A DNA stretch of 56,748 nt from Azolla caroliniana (GCA_043228905.1 JBHGNT010000188.1:1-56748), one strand, 5' to 3'; shown: positions 33,974-46,800, counted from the first letter of the stretch. Numbers and translations are program-made. The notes: generated by a model not told the origin, from the sequence alone.

Positions 33974-36012
33974 AAATTCATTCTCACTTGGGACAAGAGT
34001 TCCCTCTTGTTCCTTTCGTGATTTGCCGGCACCGTTAGGAATTGGACGGATTTCCCACCGTTTTGGCTCCGAATTCGCGCAAAAGCCGCACCGCTATCGA
34101 GCACCTTCGTCTCCATCCGTGATGCCGTGATAAAGGGTTGGCCGAGGATGACGGAATGTGAAACCTCATCTTGCACGAAGAAATTTTGGTCGATCTCGAC
34201 ATCCCCGATCTTCACCGTCACATCCAGATAAGCCGCAAATAGATCTTCCGTTGCTTTGGTGGCCGCCCGAATCTTCCATCCATGGTTGGTGTTAATAGGC
34301 CACTTCCCCTTCCGGTAGAACTCCTTGGACATCAAGTTGATCTCCGATCCGTGATCAATCAATGCTAGCACGGGTTCTTTGATGTTGCCGATTCGGACCG
34401 GAGTCTCCGTAGTCGCGCGTGCCCAATGTGTCCTTGTATAGTGGGAGTTCGGAATTTCGTCCTCCACTTCGGTGTCGTTCATTAAAACGGTGTTCGCATT
34501 CACCCTTGGAGCATTTTCCTCCGTACTTTGTCTTTTTCGCTTCACGAGATCTACAAGAAGATCGTGGAACTCCTTCTTTGCTATTCCGAGTAGCTCCCGA
34601 AGCGAGAAATCTACCCGGCTATCCAAGATTCTTTCCTCGAACACTCTTTTCAAGTCGGTTTGTTGTTCTATGTCCGAGGCGAGCTTGAATGCCGGAGTCG
34701 CCTTTTCTTTTCCCTTACCTCCGGAGTTCCAGCTTTCCGGTATCTTCGATGGCCCGGCCGCATCCTCCGTGCGTCGTCGTTTCTCGTCCACATACACCTT
34801 ATGCAATTGACACAGGGTGTATACGCTATTCTTGTCGACAGGGCACTCCCATACCGTAGCTTCCCGGACGCCTTCCGCGGTGCTTCGGATCTCGTTGGAG
34901 TCGGTTTTCTCGGTGTTTTCTAGAACTTCCGGCCAAAAAGACGTCTTTGCTCTCGATGACTCCCCGACACATATTCCCGCGGTTCTCGCATAGTTGCTTC
35001 TTGCCGCCAATTCCTCCTCGAGCACCTTCTTCATGCCGCCTTTCCGGAAGTTCGGTCGGAGTGGCTTCCGAGAGTCCATCGAATGAATCCGGTTTCCCTC
35101 GTAGTAGATGAGATCCCGCCGTAGCGCCTCCTTATGCTCGTCGCAATCCCTCCGATCGTGTTCGGCGCTATCGCACCATATGCACCGTCGGTCCGTATAC
35201 TTGGAGCTTGTGGGGCGGTCATCCGACTTCTTCACCATCGCGATCTTCAGATTCTCCATCTCCTTCAATAGTTGCTCCACCGTAGATGCATCAATCCCCT
35301 TCTCGGTTGTAGTCTCTCGAGCCCTCGGTTGATGGTCTTCCAATCCGGTTCTCGGTTTCGGAATCGGTTTCGAAACCCTCTTTTCCTCGTTGGCAAGCCA
35401 TTGCCCCCTCTTCGTGTATCGCGCGACGATATCCCGCACGCTTTCCCATGTTTCGGTGAGACCACTCTCCGTGGTCGTGTCCTCCAAGAGCACTCCGAGA
35501 TCTTTCCGGTCCCGGATGTCCACGGCTCGCAAGAACATGATCACCTTGTCCGGTACGAGGATAGCTTGATCTCTCGCGAACAACCTCCCGAACCGGCTTT
35601 CGAATGCCGAAAACACATCAACGACCTTCGATCCCTTGTCCGGCGTCTCCACCCAATCTTCGAATCCCCTTCGCGTCGCCTTGGAGGAATCCTCGATAGC
35701 GAACGTCCTCTTTAGCTCTACTTCAAACGCCTCCCATGTCGGATTTTGCTGTCGTAGCCCATGGATGCTTGCTTGAAGCCCGTCGGTCGTCACCCGGTTG
35801 AAGGACGTCACTTGCAGTCCTTCCGATATTCCGCACCGTAGCATCTCCGCCTTGTAGTCCCGAAGATACCGCGACACGTCTTTCCCGTCGAATTGCCCGT
35901 TTCGTTGCACGAGCCGCTCCACTGATGCCGCTATCTCCGACATCGCGCGTTGTTCTTGTAGCATGCGCTCGAACATCATCATCATGTTGCTAGCCTCCGG
36001 TTGATTTTCCAT
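33970..36012 (-). CDS. Element C Gag-protease ORF1, 680 aa, intact
   Basis: Uninterrupted ORF with CCHC knuckle (CIWCDSAEHDRRDC) and aspartic protease motif (LIDHGSEINLM). Confidence 0.9.
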   Translation of the reverse strand: MENQPEASNMMMMFERMLQEQRAMSEIAASVERLVQRNGQFDGKDVSRYLRDYKAEMLRCGISEGLQVTSFNRVTTDGLQASIHGLRQQNPTWEAFEVELKRTFAIEDSSKATRRGFEDWVETPDKGSKVVDVFSAFESRFGRLFARDQAILVPDKVIMFLRAVDIRDRKDLGVLLEDTTTESGLTETWESVRDIVARYTKRGQWLANEEKRVSKPIPKPRTGLEDHQPRARETTTEKGIDASTVEQLLKEMENLKIAMVKKSDDRPTSSKYTDRRCIWCDSAEHDRRDCDEHKEALRRDLIYYEGNRIHSMDSRKPLRPNFRKGGMKKVLEEELAARSNYARTAGICVGESSRAKTSFWPEVLENTEKTDSNEIRSTAEGVREATVWECPVDKNSVYTLCQLHKVYVDEKRRRTEDAAGPSKIPESWNSGGKGKEKATPAFKLASDIEQQTDLKRVFEERILDSRVDFSLRELLGIAKKEFHDLLVDLVKRKRQSTEENAPRVNANTVLMNDTEVEDEIPNSHYTRTHWARATTETPVRIGNIKEPVLALIDHGSEINLMSKEFYRKGKWPINTNHGWKIRAATKATEDLFAAYLDVTVKIGDVEIDQNFFVQDEVSHSVILGQPFITASRMETKVLDSGAAFARIRSQNGGKSVQFLTVPANHERNKRELLSQVRMNF

Positions 36013-36763
36013 CTCCTTGCCACCCAGTCTTCACGTCGGGTTCACCAACTATGTCGTGCCCTTCGGCTCCGGATCGTTGCGTGAGTCGGGTGGGAACCGC
36101 CGAGGTTTATGACTAGGAGGAAGAGGAATACAACTTAAGGTTAGTTAGGAATAGTGGAAAGAGAAGTAAGATAGAAATCTCGTGAATCCCACGAGTTTAG
36201 TGTAATTAAAACAATATTTAGATTATAAGAGCAATTAGATGGCAAAATTCGTGAATCCCACGAATATATTAGATTGATCAATCCTTGTATATTAATCAAC
36301 AACCTTATACATATTTCTCTCCTCCTTATATAAAGATGGAAGAGGCTAAGCATGGCTTCATGCTTTTTCACCTAAAGTGTCCATGCACACTAAATGTGCA
36401 TGTGATGCTTTGTCATTTCCTAAATATAGGGCTCATGCACGCTAGATGTGCATGAGTCACTTTTAATGTCACGTGTAAATAAAATATTCACACTCTAAAG
36501 AATACATGATTTTTACCTTTTAATAAAGGTATGTGTAAATAAAGGTCTTATACATATTAAATCTATATTTATAACACTAAAGATAAGTTATTACAATGGT
36601 AAAGTTGGGGTTTATCTACGTGGAGGTGCATGGTTCGAATCCTGCCCTATGCACATGATAAATTCTTTTGATATATTATTTATTTATTTATATGTATCTA
36701 AAATCGGATATATTATTTTATGGTTTTCACGTAGTGTGTGGAATATACTACGACAGCGTAACT

Positions 36764-36767
<4 letters not shown>

Positions 36768-36795
<28 letters not shown>
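36768..36795. repeat. (AG)14 in the D 5' LTR; (AG)12 in the 3' LTR at 41549-41572
   Basis: Read directly from the sequence. Confidence 0.9.
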
Positions 36796-36801
<6 letters not shown>

Positions 36802-37105
36802 GTTGTTGCCTCTGTTGTAACCGCCGCCTGTAGCGAAGATCTGTGAGCACGAGGTCGTTGCCTCAGTGAACTCACTGTTGTAAATTCTTACATAGTGACA
36901 GTTTGCAGCCTGTGGGCTGCTGTGGTTTTTCCCCTAGTTTGGGATTTTCCACGTAAACGTCCTGTGTACCTTTTTTTTCTCTTCTTTGTGTCGCGTCTTA
37001 TTTCCCGTTTTCTGTGTATCATTCTAAGCTCGGTTGTGGCCGAGCGTTGCACATAAGGAATGTTGAGTTCTCGACAAGTGGTATCAGAGCGAAACGACAC
37101 AGAAA

Positions 37106-40100
37106 ATGGACGAATCGTTTGGCGGCATGTTTAAGCTCACCGGCTCCAACTATTCAGTGTGGAAGTCGAAGATGAGGGACATGCTCGTGGTTAAAGACCT
37201 TTGGCTGCCGGTTCAGTTCGGGGACAAGAGACCGGACAAAATCGACGCTGCGATATGGGAGGTGATGCATATGAAGACAACGGCGTACATACGGTGCTTC
37301 ATCGACATGAGCCTATACAACAACTTCAATGAAGAGAGCAAGGCTCATGAGCTCTGGGAGAAGATAGGCATAATGTTTCAGAACAAAAATGTTGTCAATC
37401 AGGTGTCGGTATTCCGGAAGCTAGTAAGACTCCGGTACCAAGATGGCTCCAACATGGCGGAGCACATGAATGCCTTCCAGGGGCTGATCCACCAGGCAAC
37501 TTCATTGGAAGTACCTCTCGCCGATGAGGTACTAGCGCTGCTCCTGCTCGGTTCCCTCCCGGATAGCTGGGAGACGTTGGTTGTCACTTTGGGCAACGCT
37601 GGGCCGGAAGGAAAGCGGTTATCCCTAGCAAGAGTAAAGTCGAGCTTGCTAGATGAGGAGGCGCGTCGGAAAGATAAGGATACGAGCTCCGACTCCAAAG
37701 CACTCCTTACCGAATCGGAACGCGCAAGACATAGAAACCGTAGTCCCCAGAACCGGGAGAAGTCGGGGACACGGTCAAAGTCAAGGGGGAGGCCTACTTG
37801 CTTCTATTGCGGCAAGCCGGGACACTTCCAAAAGAACTGTCGGCATTTCCGGAAAGATAAGGAGACCGACGGTACCGATTCGAAGCGGACCCCGGACCGG
37901 AACGGTAAAGACCGGAGGGGGCCGGACTGGAAGGGAACGACGGCAATCGCGGCAAGTGAAGAGGAGTTGATGCTCATCACCGAGGAGAGTGAGATAAACC
38001 TTTCCGGCGACGACATGACCTGGGTGGTAGACTCCGGAGTGTCGTTCCACCTTACCCCGGACCGGAAATGCTTCTCATCCTACTCAACCGTTGATCACGG
38101 CTGTGTCCGGATGGGGAATGAAGGGACATGCCGAATTGTCGGCATAGGAGACGTGTGGTTGTCGACACCAACCGGATGCAAGTTGCTGTTGAAGGATGTA
38201 CGACACGTTCCGGAGGTTCGATTGAACCTGATATCAGTCGGTCGGCTAGATGATGAGGGCTACACGGGTAGCATCTAGAACGGTGTCATGAAGTTCAGCA
38301 AAGCGAGCTTGATTGTGGCTCGGGCCCGGAAGGTCAACACTCTGTACCTAATGAATGCCCGGTTATGTCCGGAGGAAGTGAACGTGGCATCCGACACTGC
38401 CGGTGAGCTATGGCACAAGAGGCTGTGTCACATGAGCGAGAAGGGGATGAAGAGGCTTGCAGAAGACAACCTCATTCCAATGAAGAACGTGCACTTGGAG
38501 AAGTGCACTGATTGTCTGGCCGGTAAGCAAAACCGGACCTCCTTCCGACCAAGGCCACCGATGAGACGTAATGCACCACTGGAGTTGGTGCATACGGATG
38601 TGTGTCAAGTAGACACGAAGTCACATGCCGGAGCGCAGTACTTCGTGACATTCATAGATGACCACAGCCGGAAGCTGTGGGCTACACCGCTGAAGACGAA
38701 GGATCAGGTGCTATCCGTCTTCAAAGAGCTCCACGCGAGAGTGGAAAGAGAAACCGGCCGGAAGCTGAAGGCGGTTCGAGCAGATAACGGAGGAGAATAC
38801 CGGGGGCAGTTCGAGGAGTACTGATGCTCGAAGGGAATCCGGCTCGAATTTACCGTGCCGAAGACGCCGGAACTAAACGGACTGGTCGAGAGGATGAACC
38901 GGACCATAATGGGGAGGGTCCGGAGTATGCTAGCGCATGCAAAACTACCCAAGAAGTTTTGGGCTGAGGCACTGTCGACGGCGACATATGTGATAAACAG
39001 ATCACCCTCAGTACCCTTGGACGGAGACACGCCATAGAGAGTGTGGACCGGTAAGGAAGTATCCTACCGGCATCTGAAGGTATTCGGGTGTCTCGCGTAC
39101 GTGCATGTAGCTAAGGATCGGAGAGGAAAGTTAAATCCAAAGACCCGGCCATGCATATTCCTCGGTTACGGTGACGATGAGTTCGGCTACTGAGTGTGGG
39201 ACCCGGTCGACAAGAAGGTATTTTGGAGTTGAGATATTATCTTCATGGAGACTAAGACGCTCGCCGACTGGGAGTCGGAGAAGAAGATAATGAACTCCGA
39301 GTCGACCGGTAAGGATCGACTCTACGATGAGCAGTCCCAACCGGCAAGAGACCGGTTAGCACTCGAGGAACCAGACGGTTACGGTGAGGATACCGAACAG
39401 GCTGAAGAAGAAGTAGAGGAAGCTGAAACTGGAACCGGCCAAGACCCTGAATCGGATTCGGATGAAGAGCAGATGGATGAGCCGGTCACCGAAGCCCAAA
39501 GACGGAGATATCCTCTCAGAGAGAGAAGGCCCCCCCAGAGATTTCCGGATGCAGAGCATGTTCTGCTGACTGATGAGGGGGAGCCCGAAAGCTTCGAAGA
39601 AGCGAAGGAAGACACCCACAGCCGAAAATGGTTAAGTGCCATGCAGGATGAGATGGATTCCCTGCATGAGAACCATACGTACGAATTGGTGGAGTTGCCG
39701 AAAGGAAAGCAGGCACTCCGAAACAAGTGGGTGTACAAGTTGAAACCGGGAGATACCAGCAACCCCCCGAGATACAAAGCCAGGATCGTGGTGAAGGGGT
39801 TCCAGCAGAAGAAGGGCGTGAACTTCGACGAGATATTTGCCCCAGTAGTAAAGATGACCTCCATCCGGACGGTGCTGAGTATAGCAGCAAGCATGGACCT
39901 CGAGGTAGAGCAGCTGGACGTGAAGACGGCATTCCTTCACGGTGACCTCGAAGAGGAGATCTACATGCAGCAACCGGAAGGATTCGTGGAGAAAGGGAAG
40001 GAGCACCTGGTATGCCGGTTGAAGAAGAGCCTGTACGGACTGAAGCAGGCTCCCCGGCAATGGTACCGGAAGTTTGATTCCTTCATGGCCGATCAAGGGT

Positions 40101-41152
40101 ACCACAAGACACAGGCCGATCACTGTGTGTTTGTGAAGAAGTTCGAAGGAGGCGACTTCCTAATACTCCTTCTGTATGTGGATGACATGTTGATCGTCGG
40201 ACGTGACCAAGTCAAAATACGGATGCTGAAGAAGGCTCTCAACCGGACCTTCTCAATGAAAGACTTGGGTCCGGCAAGACAGATGTTGGGGATGCACATC
40301 ATCCGGAACCGGTCAGAGAAGCAATTATGGCTGTCACAGGAGAAGTATGTGACAAAGGTGCTTCACCGGTTCAACATGTCAGAAGCGAAACCGGTCGGAT
40401 CGACACTTCCGGCAAACTGCAGGCTATCCGGCAAGCAAAGCCCGAAGAAGAAAGCAGAGAAGACGGATATGATGAAGATTCCATATGCCTCTGCCATCGG
40501 GAGCTTGATGTACGCAATGGTTTGTACTCGACCGGATATAGGATACGCAGTTGGAGTGGTGAGCCGGTTCATGAGTAATCGCAGCAAGGAGCACTGGAAC
40601 GCGGTCAAATGGATACTCCGGTATTTGAAGGGCACTTCAAATATGTGTCTCCGATTCGGCTCCGGAAAACCTCAACTGGACGATTTCACCGATTCGGACA
40701 TGTCGATTGATGTGGATACCAGCCGGTCTACATCCGGGTATGTGATGACATATGCAGGGGGAGCTGTTTCGTGGCAGTCGAGGCTGCAGAAGACAGTTGC
40801 ATTGTCAACCACAGAGGCGGAGTACATGGCAGTTGTGGAAGCCGGCAAGGAAATATTATGGATGAAGGACTTCATCGGAGAGCTCGGTATCCGACAAGAT
40901 GAATACCGACTCTATTGCGACAGTCAAAGTGTCATCCACCTTGCTAAGAATGCGGCCTACCATTCCCGGACGAAACATATCCAGCGGAGGTACCACTGGA
41001 TCCGTGAAAGAGTAGATGACCAGGAGTTCGCGCTGATGAAGATCCACACGGTCGAGAACGGGTCAGATATGCTGACCAAAGTGTTGATACCCGACAAGCT
41101 GGATGCATGCCGGAAGAGAATCGGACTGGTAAGACACCCCATGCCGGAGTGA
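37106..41152 (+). pseudogene. Element D gag-pol polyprotein, single frame with about five in-frame stops
   Basis: CFYCGKPGHFQKNC, WVVDSG, integrase core, RT YVDDML and RNase H (DSDM, TEAEY, HSRTKHI) in Copia order. ORF starts 37106, 38288, 38855 and 39245 are all in frame. Confidence 0.92.
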
Positions 41153-43605
41153 AGGGGGAGTTTGTTGGGAGATAGGTTCCTCCGGATGGGAAGGGAGAAG
41201 AACAGTGCCGATGAACAGTGCCGAAACCGTATGAGGACCCGGCTACGGAGAGCCGAATGATACAGACCCGATGAAGACCGGATGAGGAGTACCCGGCTAC
41301 GGAGAGCCAGATGATACAGACCCGGTGAAGACCGGATGAGGAGTACCCGGCTACGGAGAGCCGGATGGCGCAGACCCGGTATGAACCGGATGAAGAGACA
41401 TATTTGTAAATATGTTTTCTGAGAGTTCATCGAGGCTATATTTGTAAACAGCCGAAAAGTCATATTAGTATAAATATGACTTAGGGCAAACTTTTAGTAG
41501 GTTGTTGTCATTTTCTGTTGTGCACGAGATCAGTGTGCATAACTGTACAGAGAGAGAGAGAGAGAGAGAGAGAAAGAGGTTGTTGCCTCTGTTGTAACCG
41601 CCGCCTGTAGCGAAGATCTGTGAGCACGAGGTCGTTGCCTCAGTGAACTCACTGTTGTACATTCTTACATAGTGACAGTTTGCAGCCAGTGGGCTGCCGT
41701 GGTTTTTCCCCTAGTTTGGGGTTTTCCACGTAAACCTCCTGTGTACCTTTTTTTTTCTCTTCTTTGTGTCACGTCTTATTTCCCATTTTCTGTGTATCAT
41801 TCTAAGCTCGGTTGTGGCCGAGCGTTGCACATAAGGAACGTTGAGTTCTCGACACGTATTACACGTTCCGACCATCACGAAGAACCTAGTGTCGGTTGGA
41901 CAGATTGTAGACCAAGGAATGCATGTGCGGTTTACGCACCTCGGGTGCTTCATCGAGGAAGAGGGCCAAATCATTGCACAAGGGCATAGAGACGGAAGGA
42001 TGTTCATCCTCGACACCAATGACATCGGCACCGCTTTGTTCGCCAAAGGACAGAAGGTTGAATCAGACATCGTCCTGTGGCACAAGAGGATCAACCGCAT
42101 CAATTACCAGAGGCTTCAAGACCTACAGACGAAACAAGTTGTTTTCGGTTTGCCGAAGTTCAGTGGCCAGAAGGCCCAAATATGTGAAGCATGCCAGCTA
42201 GGGAAGCAACCCCGGCTTCCATTCCCCACCGAACGAAATCGTAGCCATAACAAGCTCAACCTTATTCATTCGGATGTATGGGGACCGGCACAGAACGTTA
42301 GTCTTGGCGGGAGTCGGTATTTCGTCTCCTTCATAGACGACTACAGTCGGCACACATGGATCTACCTCATTGAGCGGAAGAGCGAAGTCTTCGAGTGTTT
42401 CCGGAACCTGCAAAACCTGGTTAAACGGGAAACGGAGAGGAAGATCAAGTGCATGCGGTTGGATGGCGAAAAAGAATATTTTTCCAGCCAATTCAACAGT
42501 TATCTGTAGCAAATAGGAATTCAGAGAGAGTTTAGTTGCAGATACACACCAGAGCAAAACAGTGTGGCCGAAAGGAAGAACCAGTCGATTGTCGATACGG
42601 CAAGGGCAATGCTGGAGGAGAAGAGCATGCCCCATTTCTACTGGGCAGAGGCGGTCCGGACGGCCGTCTACATCCAAAACCGGATCAGTGACAAGGTGTC
42701 TGCGCATGAGCTATATTTTGGGCGCAAACCAAATCTGAGACACCTTCGGATATTCGGTAGCATTGCATATGTCATGTGCCGGATGAGAAGCGGAGGAAGT
42801 TGGATGCAAAGTTGGAGAAATGCATCCTAATCAATTACTCGCATGAGCAAAAGGGGTATAAGTGTTATAACCCCCAGACAAAGCAGGTCCGAGTTAGTTG
42901 GGATGTTCAGTTTGACGAGACGGCAACATGGTATGCCTTACCAGCTCCGACTTCCAACCCCGACCCTATACCGGAGGATGAGGCTAGTGAGCCTGAACCG
43001 TTCCAGATAGAAGATGAAGACCTCGGCACTCTAGAAGAGAGTCTGATCTCATTTCGGTTAAATGGACCGAATGAGCGGCTAAGTCAGGATGACCACTCAG
43101 ATGAGGAACCGGCGAGTAATGGAGACTTTGTTGTGCTCTCCCCGCGCAAGGAACCAAGGAGACGGTTAATGCACAAAGAGAAGGGGAAGAAGAAGATGTC
43201 GGAATATGAAACCGGCAACGTTGAGTCAGATCGGGGCGAATCCGACTCCGGAAAGGATGAAAGTGGATCTTCGAGAATGAAGTCCGAACCGGCCAAGAAG
43301 GGCCTCAAACCGGGTACCGATAGATTACGCCGGTCTTCCCATCAAAAGAACCCCGTAAAGCGGTACGGGTACAATGAGTACATGGCGCATCACTATGCAT
43401 ACATGACCAAGGTGGCGGAAGTGCGTGAGCCGGAGAGCTACACAGAAGCGGCAAAGGACGCACATTGGCGTGCCGCTATGGAGGAGGAAATGCGGGCACT
43501 TGATGCCCACGACACATGGGACCTAGTTGACCCTCCCTGACAATGTAAACCGATCGGATGTAAGTGGGTGTACAAGGTAAAGTACAATGCCGATGGTTCA
43601 ATACT

Positions 43606-43800
43606 TTCACACATAGTGCGGAATCCATATGCAATAGAATGCACATGCCCCAACAAACCTGTGGACTTCGGATTGCAACTCACATGTTTCTTTCATGACT
43701 TGAATCGCATCGATCTTGGCTGGTGACGGTCTTCGACCCTAGGGCCCACATAGATGTCCAACTACTAGTATCTCTTCTTGTCCGAATGCTGATTTTTCTC
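43606..43800 (-). mobile_element. Remnant K part 3: Phygy-like RT C-terminal fragment between E and F
   Basis: Aligns by eye with element C at about 32480-32670 (SAFGQEEILVVGHLCGP...KIDAIQ). Confidence 0.85.
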
Positions 43801-46800
43801 TATCATCTCGAATTTGTTGGAGAGGAGGGATTTCACCTTGTTGATGTCGACTAAACTTTCTCCTCCAATGACCAGATCATCCACGTATAGGATGATGACA
43901 ATCGAGCTTCTAGAGTCATTTCGTACGTAGGGGGAGTTGTCGGATTTCGACATTCGAAAGTCAATTTGATGAAGATAATGCGTAATCTTTGAATGCCAAG
44001 CACACGGTGCTTGTTTGAGGCCGTAGAGTGGCTTCTTGAGTCAGCAAACAGCTTTTGGATCAGTACGCGATTCAAAGTCGGGTGGTTGTCCCATGTATAC
44101 CTCCTCTTCTAATTTGCCTTGAAGAAAGGCGTTCGTTACGTCCATCTGATGGAGGTGCCACCCTTTCGCCACTGCGAGTGCACTTACGGTCCGCACAGTC
44201 GTCATCTTTGCCACTTGGGCAAATGTCTCTTTGTAGTCAACTCCATGTGTTTGTGCATATCCTTTCGCTACGAGTCGAGCTTTGTAGCAGTTTATGGAGT
44301 CCTCGGCGTTATACTTCACCTTGTAAATCCATCTGCAACCGATCGCCTTCTTGTATGGTGAGTGGGTAATGAGATCCCATGTTTCGTTCTTGCAAAGTGC
44401 CCGCATCTCCTTGTTCATTGCCCCGACCCATCGCGGGTCCTTCACGGCTTCGGAAAAGGTTTCTGGCTCCCTTACTGTCGCTACCTTCATCATAAAGGCG
44501 TAATGGTACGCCATATAATCGTTGAAGCCAAATCGGCTTACGGGGTTCATTTCACGGGTGGATCGGCAGAGCTTCTCGTTTGCGGATACTAAGGCTTTCT
44601 TCGCTCCATTTGTCCGGATGTCAAGGCCTTCAAACTCACTATCAAGGGAGTAAGTCGATTCGTTGCCGTTGAAGTGATCGTCTTCATACTCCGGCATTTT
44701 CGCCTTCCCTTTGTCCAGCTTCGGACTTAGCCAAGATGTGCTTTGATCGCTTGGAGGCTCTTGTGGCCCACTAAGCCTTGTCGTAATCGGGCTTTCTTCA
44801 AACATGCACGTGAGCCGATCTTCAGCTTCTATCTCTATTTTGACGTATTCCGGGACGAGCGGAATCGGAGTCGAAGTTGTCTCTGGTGCGTACCAAGATG
44901 CGGACTCGTCGAAAACGATGTCTCGACTTACTCGAGATTTTCGAGTTGAGGGGTTATAGCACTTGTATCCCTTTTGCTCCAATGAGTATCCTACGAGGAT
45001 ACATTTCTCCGACTTTGGGTCGAGCTTTTGTCGCTTCTCGTTGGGGATGTGCACGTACGCAATGGAGCCGAATATCCGAACATGTGATAGGTCCAGCTTC
45101 TTTCCGAAAAAATTCTCGTGCGGAGTAAGTTCATGCACACCCAATGTCAAACACTGATTCAAGAGGTATACGGCCATGTTAGCCGATTCTACCCAGTACA
45201 ACTTCGGCAGGTGCTTTTCGTTCATCATGGCCTGTGCTACTTTGAGGATGTGCCGATTCTTTCGTTCGGTAACTCCGTTTTGTTGTGGCGTATGTCAACA
45301 CGAAAACTCTCGCCGAATTCCTTATTTCCGTAGAAAAGCCGAAAATTCGTCGAAGAAGTACTCCTTGCCTCCATCCGACCGAAGACATCATACAAGTCGG
45401 CCCGTGGCTTTCTCAACTTCATTCTTAAATTTTTGGAAGTGTTTGAACAGTTCGCTCTTTTGCCGCATGGGGTAGATCCAGGTGTGCCTAGAGAAGTCGT
45501 CGATGAAGGCCACGTAGTATTGGCATCTACCGAATGTAACCGTCTGAGCCGGACCCCATGCATCGGAATGAATTACGTCGAGTACGCCTTCATTCACGTT
45601 CCGCTCCTTCGGAAATGGGTGCCAATGTTGCTTGCCGAATTGGCAAGCGACACACACACCTTCAATCTCTTTCTCCTTGAATGTTGGTAGCCCGATGAAG
45701 ACTCCTTTCGATTGCATTGTCTTGAGCTTTTGGAGGTTGATATGGCCAATCCGCTTGTGCCATGACTCTATGTCGGAATTGGCTTTCTTGCCCTTTGCGA
45801 ACATGGCCAATTTCATCTCGTGCGAGTCGAGAATGAACATTTGGCCCTCTCTTCATCCGCGAATGATGAGTTAGCCCTCTTTTTCGATGAAGCAACCGCC
45901 TTGATTAAATCGTACTTGCATCCCTTTCTCAACAATTTGGCCAACGGAGACCAAATTCTTCGTAATGGTTGGTACATGCAAGACATTCTTAATAAAAGTT
46001 TGGTTACCTTCTTTGCCGAATGGGACATTGCCGATGTGTCGAATCGGATGCATAGTGTCGTCTCCGGTTTCGACATAGCCAGGTCGTTCCGGCTCTCAAA
46101 GTTCTCAGAACCATTCTTGATGAGACGCCATATGGTTTGAGGCACCGGAGTTGACGAACCATACGTCTTCCGGGCCGGAGGCACTAGTTGAAGTAGAAGC
46201 CGACATAGAATTTGCCCTATGTCTCATCACGAACATTCCACCACGATCGTCATAGTCGGAGTTGGTCGCGTAATTCGTGAGTTCTCGACTAGTGGAAGCC
46301 GATTCACGCATCTTCTTACGGCACTCATCTTCATGGTGACTGATTTTTCCGCAATATCCACATTTGACCGAGTTTTGTCGGCTTGGACCAGAATGGAAGG
46401 TCCCCCTTCTTCCAAAGGTTCCTCGATGGCCTCCATCTTGATGCCGAACTTGCGAGTTTTCTTTATAAGTCGGGCCTCGTCCGTCTCGTCCTTGACCAAA
46501 TGGGCTTCTTCTTGCACGGCCGCGTCCTCTTCCTCTATCCGAATGTGAGTAAAGCATGTGGCCTTCTGAGGCGTTGCTCCTTGTTCGAACATGGTTTTTT
46601 TCGACCAACGACATGGATTAAAGATCAAAGAAGGAGGGCGCATTCTCTCGTGCTAATACAGTGCTCCTCATCACATTGAGCCGTGGTGCAAGGCCACCGA
46701 GGCATATTTGCACCATCTCATCATCGTCCACATTGACTCTTATCAAGCCGAGCAAGTCGCAAAGCTCCTTGATCTTCAAGGTGTAGCAAGTGATGGAAAT

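Larger units (their letters stand above)
29678..36755 (-). mobile_element. Element C: young full-length Phygy-like Ty3/Gypsy
   Basis: LTRs 36052-36755 (5') and 29678-30380 (3'), with roughly a dozen differences by eye. 4-bp TSD GCGT. Perfect Trp PBS 36031-36047. PPT 30381-30393. Confidence 0.95.
29303..41854 (+). mobile_element. Element D: full-length Tnt1/Tork-like Ty1/Copia; 5' LTR interrupted by element C
   Basis: 5' LTR 29303-29677 plus 36760-37076; 3' LTR 41163-41854. TSD CGTAT (29298-29302, 41855-41859). iMet PBS 37079-37090. PPT GAAGGGGGAG 41151-41160. Confidence 0.95.
18201..43602 (+). mobile_element. Element E: Ty1/Copia, 3'-truncated in RT, host of G(+B) and D(+C). Own segments: 18201-19357, 28724-29302, 41860-43602
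   Basis: LTR about 18201-18648 with adjacent iMet PBS TGGTATCAGAGC 18649-18660. Gag from 18738, protease WYVDSGASNHM, integrase, RT start. Frames rejoin across both insertions (LYTE|ADRPRGRG; LLNV|LHVPTITKNL). Confidence 0.9.
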
